From assembly GCA_051362555.1 (NCBI GenBank), contig CM120645.1, forward strand, positions 10,974,001 to 11,038,000: a DNA stretch of 64,000 nt. Reading direction: 5' to 3'. A model generated the notes under the pieces. The model had not been told where the DNA came from, searched no databases, and worked only from the letters and a program-made list of their open reading frames with translations. Positions 51,213 through 64,000 of the stretch are shown piece after piece. Each line of letters begins with the position of its first letter. Within the stretch, counting starts at the first letter, position 1. This DNA is from Lingula anatina (lineage: Eukaryota; Animalia; Brachiopoda). Position numbers and translations under genes: made by a program.

Positions 51213-52483
51213 TAAATAAATACTTGCGTAAACCACCAACCTATGAGAAGGTATGATAAAAATTACTCGTAAACACACAAAGGTACTGGATTCGCTTGGA
51301 TTACGTCGTATACGCTACTAATGCCTACTTTCTAATTCAAAGGGTTGATTTCATGCGCCAGAAGTTTCATATACGAGATTCATACTTTTCAGACCTTTCT
51401 TCATACGCTGCGCTATGCGTCAGAAGCTGGATCTACAAATAAATATATAAATAAATAAAGAAATGCATGTAAATAATTTAGGACCGAAAGGTTAAACATT
51501 CAAGACAGATCTTTTCTGTTCAGTTTAAATTCGTGGTAGCGCACCAAAGGAATTAGTACTTTGATTAAAAAAGGCCATTTCTTTCTTTCCAAAAAATAGC
51601 AGACTCAATATTTTATTTCAGTGGACTACTAGCCTACTGAAAAAAATCATTTATCTAAGGTCAAAGTAGACTAAAAAGCCCCTTCAGTTATAGTTTATAT
51701 ATTCATAAAAATCCTTACGTCATGTATAATTTACCATGACCGAATCACTACAAAATATATCGTAACGCGGTATAAAAATTAAAATTAAATGACGTGGAAC
51801 ATACGTTACCATACGTTTCCGGAAAATGCGTACTATTTAGGGCTCTTTACGTAATATAAAGACATGGTAAAAATTAGAATTTGAATTAAAATTGAGACAG
51901 TCGTGGATTTTTTTTTTCCATACACATATTTTTTTTTAAAAATTGAATCCAACTTTGAATTCATTCAATTTTATTTTTAGACACTTCAGCATGTGAATTA
52001 CACCTCTACATTGGTTTTGGATTATCGAAATTGAGCAATAACTGGACGATCGCAATGGCTGTGGGCAAGATTCACCAAGCGCAATACTACATGTAGTTGA
52101 GGACATTTGGAAAATTCTGTAATAAATGTTTTCCTCAGTATAAACTATGGCAAGTTCCCAACTTTGTGACACTAGCCTTTTACAAAAATAATTAAATAAA
52201 TAAAGAAAGAAAGAAAGAAAGAAAGAAAGGCAGTAGGATAAACAATAATCTCCCTTGCTATCTTGTAGTCAGGCCATCAATTTTCAAATAATATTTATAT
52301 AAAATGATTTATTAGCTGTACATCATGATTTCGGTGTTGATAATGTGCACTGTGGCCTGCCCTCAGTTGTAATTATAGGTAGAGGTTCTCATTCTTCTAC
52401 ATATTGATGACACATATATGCCTTAGCCTATATATTGTCTTCATTAGATAAATCCTCTAAGTCCAAACTTCAAAAGTTACATA

Positions 52484-53800
52484 CACTGATGCTCGTAAGT
52501 TAAGAAACACTTTCTTATTTCTCGAATTTCTCAGCAACCAAAATTTTTATTGAGGCAAAATTTGTACAATAGCTAGATATTTCTCTTGTTTTTACTTTGA
52601 CTTACTGGACCGTGACATTAGAGTACTATTTACTGTTGGACACGATAGAATATGCAATGGGGGTGCCACTTGCGAAAAACACAGTTTGGCCATGCCATGA
52701 GGAGCTTCCAGTTTGGCTAGTTTCATGGGCACAATTTGTTATTTTGGACCAACCAATGGTTAGAAGAGGACTCAACGAGGTAATCAGATGGCAAATAATG
52801 GGAAGCCATCGTGCTGGGGTGCCAAAGAGACAGATTGCAAGGCAACAAAAAAGCAGCACGAAGTCAAGTGTCCAAGCTGGTAGCAAAATGGCGCCAAACT
52901 CATCATGCATTGGACAAGCCTCTTTCTGGTAGACCAATATTAACCGACGCAAGAGATGAAGATATCTGGTTCGATTATGCCACCAGGACCAGTTTATTTC
53001 AGCCAAACAATGAAAAATTGCCACCGTACGTCATTCAAGGGAGGAGCCCTGGTCAACAATACGGAGACGAAATACCATTGGGGTGCATACAATCACACAT
53101 TCAAGCAAATCCAGAAAGAAAAATCATTTTGGTGCAGGACAATGCGCCCATCCAGAAAGGATGGTCCGTGCAAGACGCGCTGCAATCGCGCGGTATCCCA
53201 CATTTGGATTGGCCTGCATATTTACCAATTCTCAATGTAATCGAGCATGCTTAGGATATGATTGACAGGACGATGAATGAGAGACAACCTCCAGTTAGAA
53301 ACATTAGAGAGGTCCAACAGGCAGTAAATAAAGAATGGAACCGGCTCTCAAAGGAAGATTGGCAGAATTTGATGGCAAGTTGCAGGAGACAATGTGAAGC
53401 TGTTGTTCAAACCCAGGGAAAGCACACCCGATATTTATTGCATAATAGACGATTAATCATCTATTATCTACAGTCTTCTTTTATTAAAACTAATTCTTAG
53501 ATGATCGAACTTTATTTTTTTTATAATAAGCTGTTTTAATCAGCACGTACCTTTTGCTGTGTGAGCATACTTTTTTGACACATGGTTTGGCATATTTTAG
53601 TACCGTTTGGTTAATAAAGTCATTTTGATTATTACAATAAGCTGTGTGGTGTATTTCTTTAACCGAAATATTCAACTTGAATAAGTTATTTATAAAATAT
53701 GAAAGAAATATGCATAATTCCACCAACAAATGAAATAATTTTCATGATAGAAGAAACTTTTGAAAACATCGGGGTGTTGCTTAACTTATGAGCATCAGTG
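52484..53800 (+). mobile_element. Decayed Tc1 transposon, 1317 bp
   Basis: 27-bp TIRs CACTGATGCTC(G/A)TAAGTTAAG(A/C)AACAC with a TA TSD. Frameshifted transposase fragments: QDNAP..LDWPAYLPILNVIEH, MASCRRQCEAVVQTQGKHTRY. The empty site GTTACA-TA-GATCTATG is seen at ~44300. Confidence 0.92.
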
Positions 53801-54769
53801 TAGATCTATGCGTGTTCGTTCAGTGGCGCTGCAGTAGCGGCGACACGAAGATTGCGTTTTGTTTTTATCGGAGGTTATGATTGAATAATAGCTGTCTCTA
53901 CAATTGTTATTTTGAACAAATATCTCTATGTAACTGTTACTCTTTGACATTATTTTCAAATTGTTATCTCTACATTCCCTTCACCAAGTCCTGAGCATCA
54001 TCTACGATTGTTTTGTATTTTCCTGGTTGGGAAAATGAAAGAATGTGCTCGCGCTTGTCGATAAAACAGTTCTGAACATTTAAAGACAAGACAGAAGACG
54101 CAATTTGTTTTATGAAAAAGTATATTTGACCTTGAATAAATTAACATTGAAAAAATGTATACCAATTTATACAAAAATATTACTGAAAGTATGGAAACCT
54201 TTATAAACGACTTATTTTAAAGTACTTACGCCAAATGCAATCAGACACGAAACACCTTTACATTTCTGAGATATGGAAAAGAGCGACTAACAATGAAACG
54301 TGCTTATTAGCGAGGCTAGTACAAAAATTCTCCTTGGTGAAAATTTTTCTATAATTCTCAACGTACACGTAAGTATACCTTTGAACCTATCGTAGAACAG
54401 ACTCGATACTACCTTTCTGAGGCATGCAATATATAAGTCAATTTACACAGATATGGCACATTGCTGCAGGCACACCTTACAATGGCAGTGGTGTTGAGAT
54501 AAAATCGTATTACTTCAAAGTTCACAATCACGCAAACAGTAATTGACAAAAACCATTCATCTTGTTACATTTTACGTTTTACGCACTGCTATCACAATTT
54601 CTTTTCTTGTTGGTTTATCTCAAAGGGATAGATTCCCTACAATTGCTGCCCTACAATTGCTGTTTTTTGACTTCGTCAACAATAGATAAATTTAGTTATC
54701 TGCAGCCTAGGCAAGCCTAATGTTTAAAAACGACAAGAATGATAGGAGTGAAAAAACTCATTAGACAAA

Positions 54770-57700
54770 TCAACTTCTGTCACGTCCATCGCTAACACGA
54801 AAGGTAACATCCATGGCGTCGTAATAGTCTTGTGCTGAGGACTCAAAGTTGGAACACGTGGTGAATCCTCTGGGTTTATGAAGCTGCCTCTGCTCTCTGG
54901 CAGCCTCGTTCATCACGAACGCCATCCCTCCTGTTGCGTGCATTTCTATGTGACAATGGACCAACCACCAACCTAGAATGTACAGAGAATATTGAAAGCT
55001 TACTAATGCTATACAAATGTTCTAACATTAACCTGGTGATTAATGTTTTTTCTGTTTAGATATTGGCCAATTCGCATCATATTTATGAATGTTTGTTTAC
55101 CAAAACTAAAACAATATATATACTGTGAATAAGGATGCTGGTAAGGTAACAGGGAAATTATTCTCTTCTTTTTTTCTAAATTCTCTTAACAGATTGATGT
55201 TATTCCATATTCCAAAACATGAAAATATAACAGGAGGTTGGCCTGGTTCAGGACGACATCGTACAGAAACAATTAAGTTAGGACCCATGGTTGTCGGCTA
55301 GGTCCTAGAGTTATCTAACGTTTTATGTGCATTTGAAGTGAAAAACAACAAAAGAATTTGATATAAAGAAATTACCCACCTGGATTATTGGCCATTATCC
55401 TAACCACTGTGTACCCCCCTGCAGGCACGATGATGGTGTCTTTCTGCAGAGGATGATTCAGTTCCAGTCCCTGAATTCTGTTCGGATCTCGGTTCCAACG
55501 TCTATTCACGAAACGTGGGTTGTTACACAGAACCACGCCCCCCGTTGAGGTGGTCAGGTGCCTATTGCTGGAGAGCAAAAAAAGAACATTCTGAATTAAA
55601 TACAGATATTCAATATTCTAGCCTCTAAAATTCTTAATAAAATATTATGCCCTGAAATAGCCTAGCATCCTATAAAATTATATTCACAATGTGATCAGGC
55701 TGTTTGAAATCCCAATCCCATGCTAAATACACGATCAGGGCATGTGAATGCAAATACTGGTACATGTAGCAACAGTACGCTAACTTAAATTAATGGCAAC
55801 AGCGGTCTGACTTGGCTTGAATTAATTGGAAATCATCAACATGTCCACTCTTGAACGTACCTGTCGTCAATAGTGGTACAGCACTGCGACTCATCATCCG
55901 GGCAAGGACAGCAGATGTCCGGGTGTATCTTGTTAAAGAGACCGTCCCGGGACTGTTCTGGATAGGCCACCTTCAACACGTAGAAACTGTGGCCATGCAT
56001 GTGAACGGGGTGCGGGGCGCCAGCTGGAATGAGGGGTTTTATTTTCCATCAAAATTTCAGTAGGTGCTATATATTATAACGTTAGAAAAGTTCACGTATG
56101 TCGATACCCTATCCTTTATGTAAACAAATGCACAATGCGTTAATGCCCTTGAGAAACGTTCTGAATGTTTTTAAATAAGAAGAGGCACAACATGTAACTC
56201 TTTCACAGAACATTGGACACTGGTACTGTTTAACAATAGAGGATACATTTAAACATGTACACGAGAGATTAAGATGTTACAAAAAAAAAAAAAAAAAAAA
56301 AAAAAATGAAACCTGCTCTACTTCTACTTACTGTTGGCTCCACCTGCCCCAACGTTGGTAAAGACAAACTGGTAAGGCCTGTTGTAGTTCAGATTGACAG
56401 TGCCGGTACATTTACATCCTCCTAGATTATCTGAGTCTCGGCAGGTGCCAGGACACTCTGTAATGGAGCCGGGGAGGAGGTCCGGCTGAGAGAGAGGAGG
56501 GGAGGTCGGTTCCCGGAATGATATCCCGTTCACACCTGGTCCTCCTGTCTGGAAGGCAAAGTTCATCCAGAGGTTTTCGGATCTTTCAATACGTGGTTCC
56601 CGTACACCAGGTACCTGCACAGCACCCATTCTGTTCCTGAACTCTCCTGGGTTGATACACCTGGCATTGTAACTGGGAGGGAGGATGTTGTAATTGCAGT
56701 TAACGATAACACACTTTATGTTGGGGTTCTGAACGCAAGGGCGAGGGACTTCGGGGACGTCTTCGGGATACATGTAAGGGCTTGTCTCGTCTCCGTAGAT
56801 CAGCAGCGCCTTGCCTTCCTGGAGGGAATAGTTGCCTGTGTCATAGCCAGGATCACTGATGTGAGGAGCAGCCCTGATCCAGTATGCTTGTCGGTCTAGT
56901 GGGTTGTCAGCATGGATGACGACATCGTATCTCTCACCGGGGTTAACGATCAGACTTTCCACATCGCGTATCGGTACCATGTCGAACCCGTCGGAGGCGA
57001 TAATGGTCATTAGATGAGCATCGACGGAGAACCTTAGAGCAAACTGTAGCTGAGCACCAATGATACGGAACCTATATTTCTGAGGCATGATGTTTTTATG
57101 CGTTTGGTCAACGTAGAACCGTTCATAAGGAACCTTGTTGTTCTCCTCTGGAGCGTCTTGGTACCATAGTGGATTTTCAAAGCGCCCTCTACCATTAATT
57201 AAAGCCGACACGTAAGGTATCCCAGCAACGGCGAGGCCATCGGGTCCAAAACTGAGGCTGAAACGATCATCTGTCGTCGGAAACGCAGGATTATTGGGCC
57301 AGAACCAACTGCCGCCATTTTGTTGAAGCCAAACGTTCGACATGTGCTCGTGCTGCCAGTCCAGGAGAGTGACCACGTGCTTGTCATGTGGTGGTGGGCC
57401 TCTGAGCGTGGCTGCGAATCCGAGGTCTGGTCGGTGGTTGTATTCTACGGCATTAGGCTCGTTATCTTCGTGAATAATGAGTGCCCCTAGTCCTCCATCT
57501 GAGCGTTTTCCAGCTGTATGGGCGTGATACCAGAAGGTTCCTTAACAAATACAAAGAAAATGGTTAGTAAATAATGGGATACTTTGAATACCTGAGACAA
57601 TGCATAGATCTTGCTCAAGGTTTTTTTGAGAAAACTCTTGATTCGACAATAACCTTTATACCGTGCATTTGCAATGACTATGTTTATGTCTAGTTCCACA

Positions 57701-59328
57701 TAACAAACAAAATCAGTGATAGAATGGCAAAAATAATTATTATTGTAGAAATTTATCATACACTAAACACTGTTTTAGCAGTTGCCGAATATTAGATGTC
57801 TTTAACCTACAGAAGTTTTACCTACCAGCAGGATCCGCCTTGAATCTGTAGGTGAAGGTTTGTCCTTTCTCAATAGGACACTGTGTGATCATAGGGACGC
57901 CGTCCATGAACGGGGTCAGGTACTGGAACTGACCATGCCAGTGGATGGTCAGTGGACTGTCGTACAGGTGGTTGGTCACGTGAATGACCATTTGGGCTCC
58001 AACTTTACCCTATGGAAAAGGTGGAGAGATGGTTATAAATAAATAAATAAATAAATAAATTATACTAACTAATACATGCAGGATTTACATCATTTTCCTG
58101 TCTTAAGCCTCTAGTGATTCCGTAACAGTAAACATATTTTTATTTTTCAACTCACTGGTAATTACTTTGTTTGTGATAAAGTTGAAATAGTTAACTTACT
58201 CTCAAAATTGGACCAACTAGCGAACCATTTACTGTGACGATTCTGCGGAATATACCATCGCCAGTGTTGATGCTTTCTGAAATAGAAATGGGGTATCTTT
58301 ATAGAAACAAAACCAAATAATCGGATTGTATCCGTTTTTTTGGATTGGCTAGAAAATGGGACCTTTACTTCACAGTGTCTAATATAACTTAACTTGTCTT
58401 ACTACTAAAGCACCATTAGGGTATATAGTTTTATAAACTACTCCATTAACAATTAAAATAAAAACTCACCAAAAGGGATGGAGGCAACCGAGTCATTTCC
58501 CCCGCAGTTTCCACCCTCCGTCAGTTTACAGGCCACGCAGCCATTTTCCAACCGGGAGCCATCGGGTTTGGTGCAGTCGGCTACCACCCGGTCGTTTTCA
58601 TAAGTCATCGTGTAGGCATCAGCGAATTCCAAGTGGTACTCGCATACTGAAAATAATCAAATTTAGACAAAATTAAGAATTGAAGTGTTTTGAACTATTC
58701 TTGAAATGAAATGATAATGATTTTCCAAGGCGGTAATAATTATGTATTTTATTAACCATATATTTCTATAATGTCATACTGCCACCACTGCCAGTTTCTA
58801 CAAAATCTGTCTTTATAAGTAATAGTGAAATAAGAGTGTAAAAGATAAACGCCAGTTATATTTAATGCTGGTATCAAAAGCCAGACATATATAGGCAACG
58901 TTAATCTAATAAGGTATGTCTAAAGAGTAGTGCAATGTTTTGAGTTTCAAGAAAATACCATGTTTCTAAAATGTTGATTTTCAAAATTTCAACATACCCA
59001 AACGTCCGCTTATATGCATACAACCGTCAAAATTTCCAACACATTGCCTGGGAACCTGAAATATGCAATATATATTATTATATATTACACGAGTTAAATC
59101 CTCGTTTTAAATAAGTGAAATATTCAATGAAAATTGTGTGTACATAAAATGTTCATGTGAATTTGATTGCTTGCTTTGAATGGTCAATACCTAAGCGACA
59201 ATTAAAATACATTCATATTTATAACTAAAATCGAATTATGGACACTGCGATTGGCAACAAAATAATCTACTTACCAAAATTACAAATAGCAACGTGGAAA
59301 CAAACCCACAATATTCCAGCATTCCCAT
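54770..59328 (-). CDS. Laccase-like multicopper oxidase B (~770 aa, 9 exons)
   Basis: Exons (minus): 59275-59328, 58998-59055, 58470-58646, 58200-58276, 57826-58009, 56332-57540, 55861-56023, 55380-55567, 54770-54972. Exon sizes are identical to copy A and all copper motifs are intact. Confidence 0.92.
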
Positions 59329-60099
59329 TATAGCATGAACAAGTACAAAAATAGTCAATAATATATTAAAAGCTTTCTGATATCCGTCAGTTAAAATTCT
59401 GTCGAGACCTCTTACCTGCTCAGCTTTTATCCACTCTCGAATTTTATCAAAATATCTCACCGTGTCAAAGGAACGTCTTTCTACGGCAAGTGTGACGTCA
59501 TTTCAAACGTTTTTGGAAATAATCTACTGGGGAATCAGTCTCCAGACGTCAGTTTATCGATGTAATGCACAGTTGGTAAAGCAGCGGCATGAGACTTAAT
59601 GCCCGTCCTCCCTTAATTGACCGTGAAGTGAATTCTAGACCAAGAGTGCTATTTAGATGCAGTAGCCGCACCAGTAAACCGCGCTTGTACCTTTCCTGAG
59701 GGTCCCGTTGGGTATTTTCGTTTCCCGAGAAACGCTCATATTATTTAGCGTGATCCGGATATTACCCCATTCCAATGACTCGTCAAGGCGGCTTTTTACT
59801 CTTCCCCCTTCGTGCAAAGGAAATCATTATACCCGGTAATTCGTGATTTTCAGGAGTTTTTATTCGTATTATCAGTGAGATATGAATAATGTTTGATTTA
59901 CTGATATTTGTGAATTTATCATTTCCGAGAACTGCGATGACTACCCCCCATGGGACCCTCTTTCTTATCACTTATTTTCGTATTAATGTGTGCCACGTCA
60001 CAATTTCCGTACCGTGACTTGACCATGGGCCTTATCTTTGTGCGTTCACCAACCTATGAGAACGTAAAATAAAAATTACTCATAGACCCACAAACGTAA

Positions 60100-60914
60100 T
60101 GGATTCGCTTGGTTTAGGTCATAAACGCTGCTCATGCGTTCATTCTAATTCAATGAAAAAAGGGGTGATTTCATGCACGAAAAGTTTCACACACGACATT
60201 CATACCTTTCAGACCTCCATACGCTACGCTATGCCTCAGAAGCCGGATCCACAAATAATAATAATAATGAAAAAATAAATAAATAAATAAATAACTTAGT
60301 ACCGAAAGGTGAAATATTCAAGACAGATCTTTTCTGTTCAGTTTAAATCCGTGGTAGTGCACCAAAAGAATAAGTATTCTGAAAAAAAAAACATTTTTTT
60401 CTTTACATAAAATAGCAGACTCAATATTTCTTTTCAGACTACTAGCCTACTGATAAAGTCATTTATCTATGGTCAAAATTGACTAAAAATTACTGTTTGA
60501 TTCGTATTATTAGTGAGATATGAATAAATTTTAGTTTACTGTGATTTGTAAATTGATTGATAACAGACTCAATATTTCTTTTCAGTGGAATACTAGCCTA
60601 CTGATAAAGTCATTTATCTATGGTCAAAATTGACTAAAAATTAGTTTTTGATTCGTATTATTTGTGAGATATGAATGAATTTTAGTTTACTGTGATTTGT
60701 AAATTGATCACTCACGGGAACTGCCTTGACTTTCCCCCAATGGGACCCTATTTTTTATCACCCATCCTTTGAATAAACGCTACTAAAGCCTTCATTTGCA
60801 TTCGCCGAAAAAAGGGTGATTTCATGCGCCAAAAGTTTCACATACGACATCCATGTCTTTCAGACCTTTCTCCATACGCTACGCTGCGCTATGCCTCAGA
60901 ATCGGACCTATAAG

Positions 60915-60957
<43 letters not shown>

Positions 60958-61150
60958 CTTATGGCCGAAAGCTGTAACATTCAAGACAGGTCTTTTCTGT
61001 TACGTTTAAATCCATTGTAGTGCACCAAAAGAAATAGTATAAAAAAAGCCATTTCTTTCTTTCCATAAAATAGCAGACTCAATATTTTAGTTCAGTGGAC
61101 TACTAGCCTACTGATAAAGGCATTTATCTAAGGTCAAAGCTGACTAAAAA
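60100..61150. repeat. Local direct duplications in the laccase B upstream region
   Basis: Block ~60120-60490 recurs at ~60775-61150, and a ~150-bp unit (CAGACTCAATATTTC..GACTAAAAATTA) recurs at 60416 and 60564. Confidence 0.75.
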
Positions 61151-61258
61151 TGTAGACTTAAATTGTAAATTCTGTCATGGAACCAGTATCAGGAACCCCC
61201 CAGTCAGATAGTAGTAGTGAATAATAAAAAAAATCCGAAAATTGGGGTCCTACTGTCC

Positions 61259-61344
<86 letters not shown>

Positions 61345-61414
61345 TTGTACATATAGTAGCTGAAGCTGTTGAACACGAGGTTAAATTGTCGATGTAATGG
61401 TTGAAAGCGACTTG

Positions 61415-61485
61415 GTGATGTTATGTAATGGACAGCGAAGACTGTAGAGTTCAAGAGTTTGGGTTCGATTCCAACTAACCTCCTT
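61415..61485 (+). mobile_element. tRNA-derived SINE-like head or tRNA relic
   Basis: TGTAATGG..AGCG..GACTGTAGA..GGGTTCGATTCC shows A-box- and B-box-like motifs, but no convincing acceptor stem. Confidence 0.3.
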
Positions 61486-62384
61486 AGTCCTATGACTTTG
61501 TTTTTATAACAGGCTTTACGTGGAAAATATTGGACTTATTGGTCTCAGACATAGGGAGCATTCCCATAAACCCATCGTACTAGCTAGATCGATCTAACTC
61601 TGCTGGAATTTTCGCTAAATTGTATTCAGTGTAAGCAGCTAAAATGTCTGGCAACTCAAGCTATACTAGAGGATAAATAACGATATTACCCCCTAGTTAC
61701 TCAAGTTAACGCAGCATTTTCTGGGGTTTTCCAGAAAAAATGTAAAATTCGAGTCACGTCAATAAGATACATATTGCGTAATATTTGCACAACTGTTCTA
61801 TACCACTTTTAATTACTGATGACTTACTAATTTGATTTATTTGACGGCAACTCTTGTATTAAGCAGAGGGAAAAAGTAAGAATTATGCAGAAATTACACA
61901 AAATGTTTGCGTCGCTGACGCGACTCGAATGCTTTAATATATATATATATATTTTTTTTTTTTTGGGGGGGGGAGGGGGTGACCTTGACTCTATACAAAT
62001 ATTACTTTGAATTGTGATCGTTTCGACTATCCATGCGCTCGTCCTATGAAGACCACTGCTCATATGTGTAGTAGTGTCATGCAAGTCATCAATGCTATAC
62101 TGTACAAAATGTCTTTGAAGGAATACATACTGTATTTTATTCTAAATACATGGAGGTGCATTGAAGACAAGTCGATACCTTATTTCTAAATGGAGTCAAC
62201 CCAAAGAAAATATATTTCATTTGTTTATAAATGGCATGAATGAAATCTCTACTGTCATCACGCACAGGGCGAGTATGGGCGAATTATGGAATCGAAACGC
62301 TTGCTCTCGGTCGCAATGCGCGATGCTTTCGAGTTACGGGGCCCAGGCTCTCCTTGAGGACACTGGCTTGGACCACATAAATGA

Positions 62385-62541
62385 GTAGGCCAAGGAACAG
62401 ATGATTTTTGGTGGTGATCTGGATCAATAATCAATCAATAATCAATTATCAAAAATATCACGAATTTAGGGGTAAAACGGCATTGGATGGAGACTTTGCT
62501 GCCTTGACGGAGGTCCGCGCTCTCTGAGTGCTTTTTTAGTT
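62385..62541 (+). mobile_element. 3-prime end of a widespread non-autonomous interspersed repeat
   Basis: TTTGGTGGTGATCTGGATC ... GCCTTGACGGAGGTCCGCGCTCTCTGAGTGCTTTTTTAGTT resembles the end of a repeat I recognise from aquatic animal genomes. Superfamily uncertain. Confidence 0.45.
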
Positions 62542-62587
62542 ACTGATGTTGACGGTCGGCTGCGGTCTAAATGATTGATGGAATAGT

Positions 62588-62622
<35 letters not shown>

Positions 62623-63002
62623 TTGACTGACTGATTGATTGAAGGTGGTGATGATAGTGAGGAACGCAATGTAAAATGGTGAGTTTATATGACAAGGATG
62701 ACACCAATTGTACTCATTAGTAGATAGTAGTTTGTTAAGCAAAACATGCAAGATAAGCAGTTCTGATAACTAAATAAATAACTCCTTTTTTAAATTTCTA
62801 CTCTTGTGTGAAAGATTGTAATTAAAATCGTAATAAAAATTTACAATAAAACTCATATTGTACGTTTCACACTTTTGTAGAATTTTTGTCATTTATTGTA
62901 TTTTTAACCTATTGCCCTAATTATTCTTTGCTCGATTTCAGTTTTGATCATGTTCAACTTTATTTTTAAAATGTATAAGTTTGACACATGTCTAATAATA
63001 TG

Positions 63003-63240
63003 TGTGTAAACCGCTTCCTGCACTTATCTCCGGTAGGCGACGTGGTAGGCCTTCAACAAAATTAATGGGGACGCGATGGGGGTGTGGTTCTCCTCTGTCT
63101 TTCACACACCAATTCCTGACACAGATGCTCAGTAGAGTTAATATCAGGGCCCAAAGGTGGTTGCTCCATCCTCAGGACATTGAGTTTCTGAAACAAATCG
63201 CTCACCAGACGAGGACTGTGAGGAATCGCGCTTCCTTTAC
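63003..63240 (-). pseudogene. Highly decayed Tc1 transposase C-terminal fragment
   Basis: The minus strand reads GSAIPHSPRLVSDLFQKLNVLRMEQPPLGPDINSTEHLCQEL ... INFVEGLPRRLPEISAGSGLHT, matching the Tc1 consensus DNARPH..MDWP..SPDLNPIEHLWDEL...SMPRR..AVI...GGHT. Confidence 0.7.
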
Positions 63241-63785
63241 GAAGCCTGGCGTAACCCCAAAGTCACCTCTTGCAGATGGAGTGCATATATATGTATTACA
63301 TAAGTCTATAATTGATTAATTTATCTATGTGTTGTTTGTTGTATTATATATTTATTTATTTCTGTATCCGGTTTCTGAGGCCTACGGGAACTCCACATGT
63401 GGTGTATGTTATTAAAACTATTACCAAGACGTTTTAATTAACCTACGAGTTAGGACAAATGCACGCACAAAAGATAAGGCCCATTGTTAAGTCATCGTGC
63501 GGAAATTGTGCGGCGGTATACATAGATAAATGATAACAAGAGTAGATAAGCGGTTTATCAGTGCGAATATCGCATCTTAAAGGCACACTTGGTCTAAAAA
63601 TGACCACTCGCTTTAAGGTCAGTTTGAGGACAGACATTAAGTCTCAAGTCTCAGTATTACTAACAATACATCACATCGACGAACAAAAGGCTGGAGACAG
63701 ATATGCCGGAAGATTATTTCGCAAAATTGCCGTAGAAAGCCGTCCCTTTGACACATTGAGATATTTTGATAAAATGCAGGGGGTG

Positions 63786-63792
63786 TATAAAA
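63786..63792 (+). promoter_or_regulatory. TATA box of laccase C
   Basis: TATAAAAGCTGAGCAGGTAAGAGG is an inverted homologue of the promoters of laccases A and B. Confidence 0.6.
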
Positions 63793-63904
63793 GCTGAGCA
63801 GGTAAGAGGCCTTGACAGACTTTCAACCAACATATATTACAATACTTTTAAGATTTGATTGAACTTTTTTTCTTTTTTTTAGTTTTGTACTTTTAAGTGC
63901 GACA

Positions 63905-63952
63905 ATGCTGAAATATTGTGGGTTTGTTCCAGCGTTGCTCTTAGTTATCTCG
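63905..63952 (+). CDS. First (signal-peptide) exon of a third laccase paralogue C; continues beyond the window
   Basis: MLKYCGFVPALLLVIS|GTGAGT versus A: MGMLKYCGFVSTLLFVIL|GTAAGC. Both are phase 0, and ~63440-63900 is inverted-homologous to the A and B upstream regions. Confidence 0.75.
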
Positions 63953-64000
63953 GTGAGTAGTTTAAGTAGCCTTTGTTGGCCGTCGTAAAACCCTTTTAAT

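Noticed and set aside
61415-61485. Functional tRNA-Tyr gene
   Set aside because: Only a B-box and GACTGTAGA are recognisable; the acceptor and D stems do not pair.
63002-63319. 105-aa plus-strand ORF with RRRGRP, suggesting an RTE LINE tail or AT-hook
   Set aside because: The opposite strand matches the Tc1 transposase C-terminus much better.
63799-63882. Possible 5-prime UTR intron in laccase C (CAG|GTAAGA ... polyT-AG)
   Set aside because: The donor-like motif is only ~10 nt after the TATA box, upstream of the expected start site, and copies A and B lack the matching acceptor.

Overview
AT-rich, intron-rich animal genomic DNA, most likely from a bilaterian invertebrate. The first 27 kb are mostly intron of a minus-strand PCTAIRE kinase gene (CDK17-like). 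Its first coding exon is at 6498-6624, and a probable alternative first exon is at 27435-27459. That gene lies head-to-head with a complete plus-strand SLC35B4 nucleotide-sugar transporter gene (27792-34761, ~326 aa). The SLC35B4 gene is the most striking feature. It has three tandem, 103-nt, same-phase versions of exon 3 that can only be used one at a time, and the introns between them appear to fold into long antiparallel stems. It also has a GC-AG intron and a minor-spliceosome (U12) intron with apparent AT-AA termini. From 37 to 64 kb is a CpG-richer, recently duplicated region. It holds two tandem copies of an uncharacterised secreted ~307-aa protein gene, two intact ~770-aa laccase-like multicopper oxidase genes (minus strand) and the first exon of a third, inverted laccase paralogue at the right edge. 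Many MITEs, a Kolobok-like insertion nested in a MITE, two decayed Tc1 elements and a 161-bp tandem array are also present. All gene models, alignments and base-pairings were worked out by eye.
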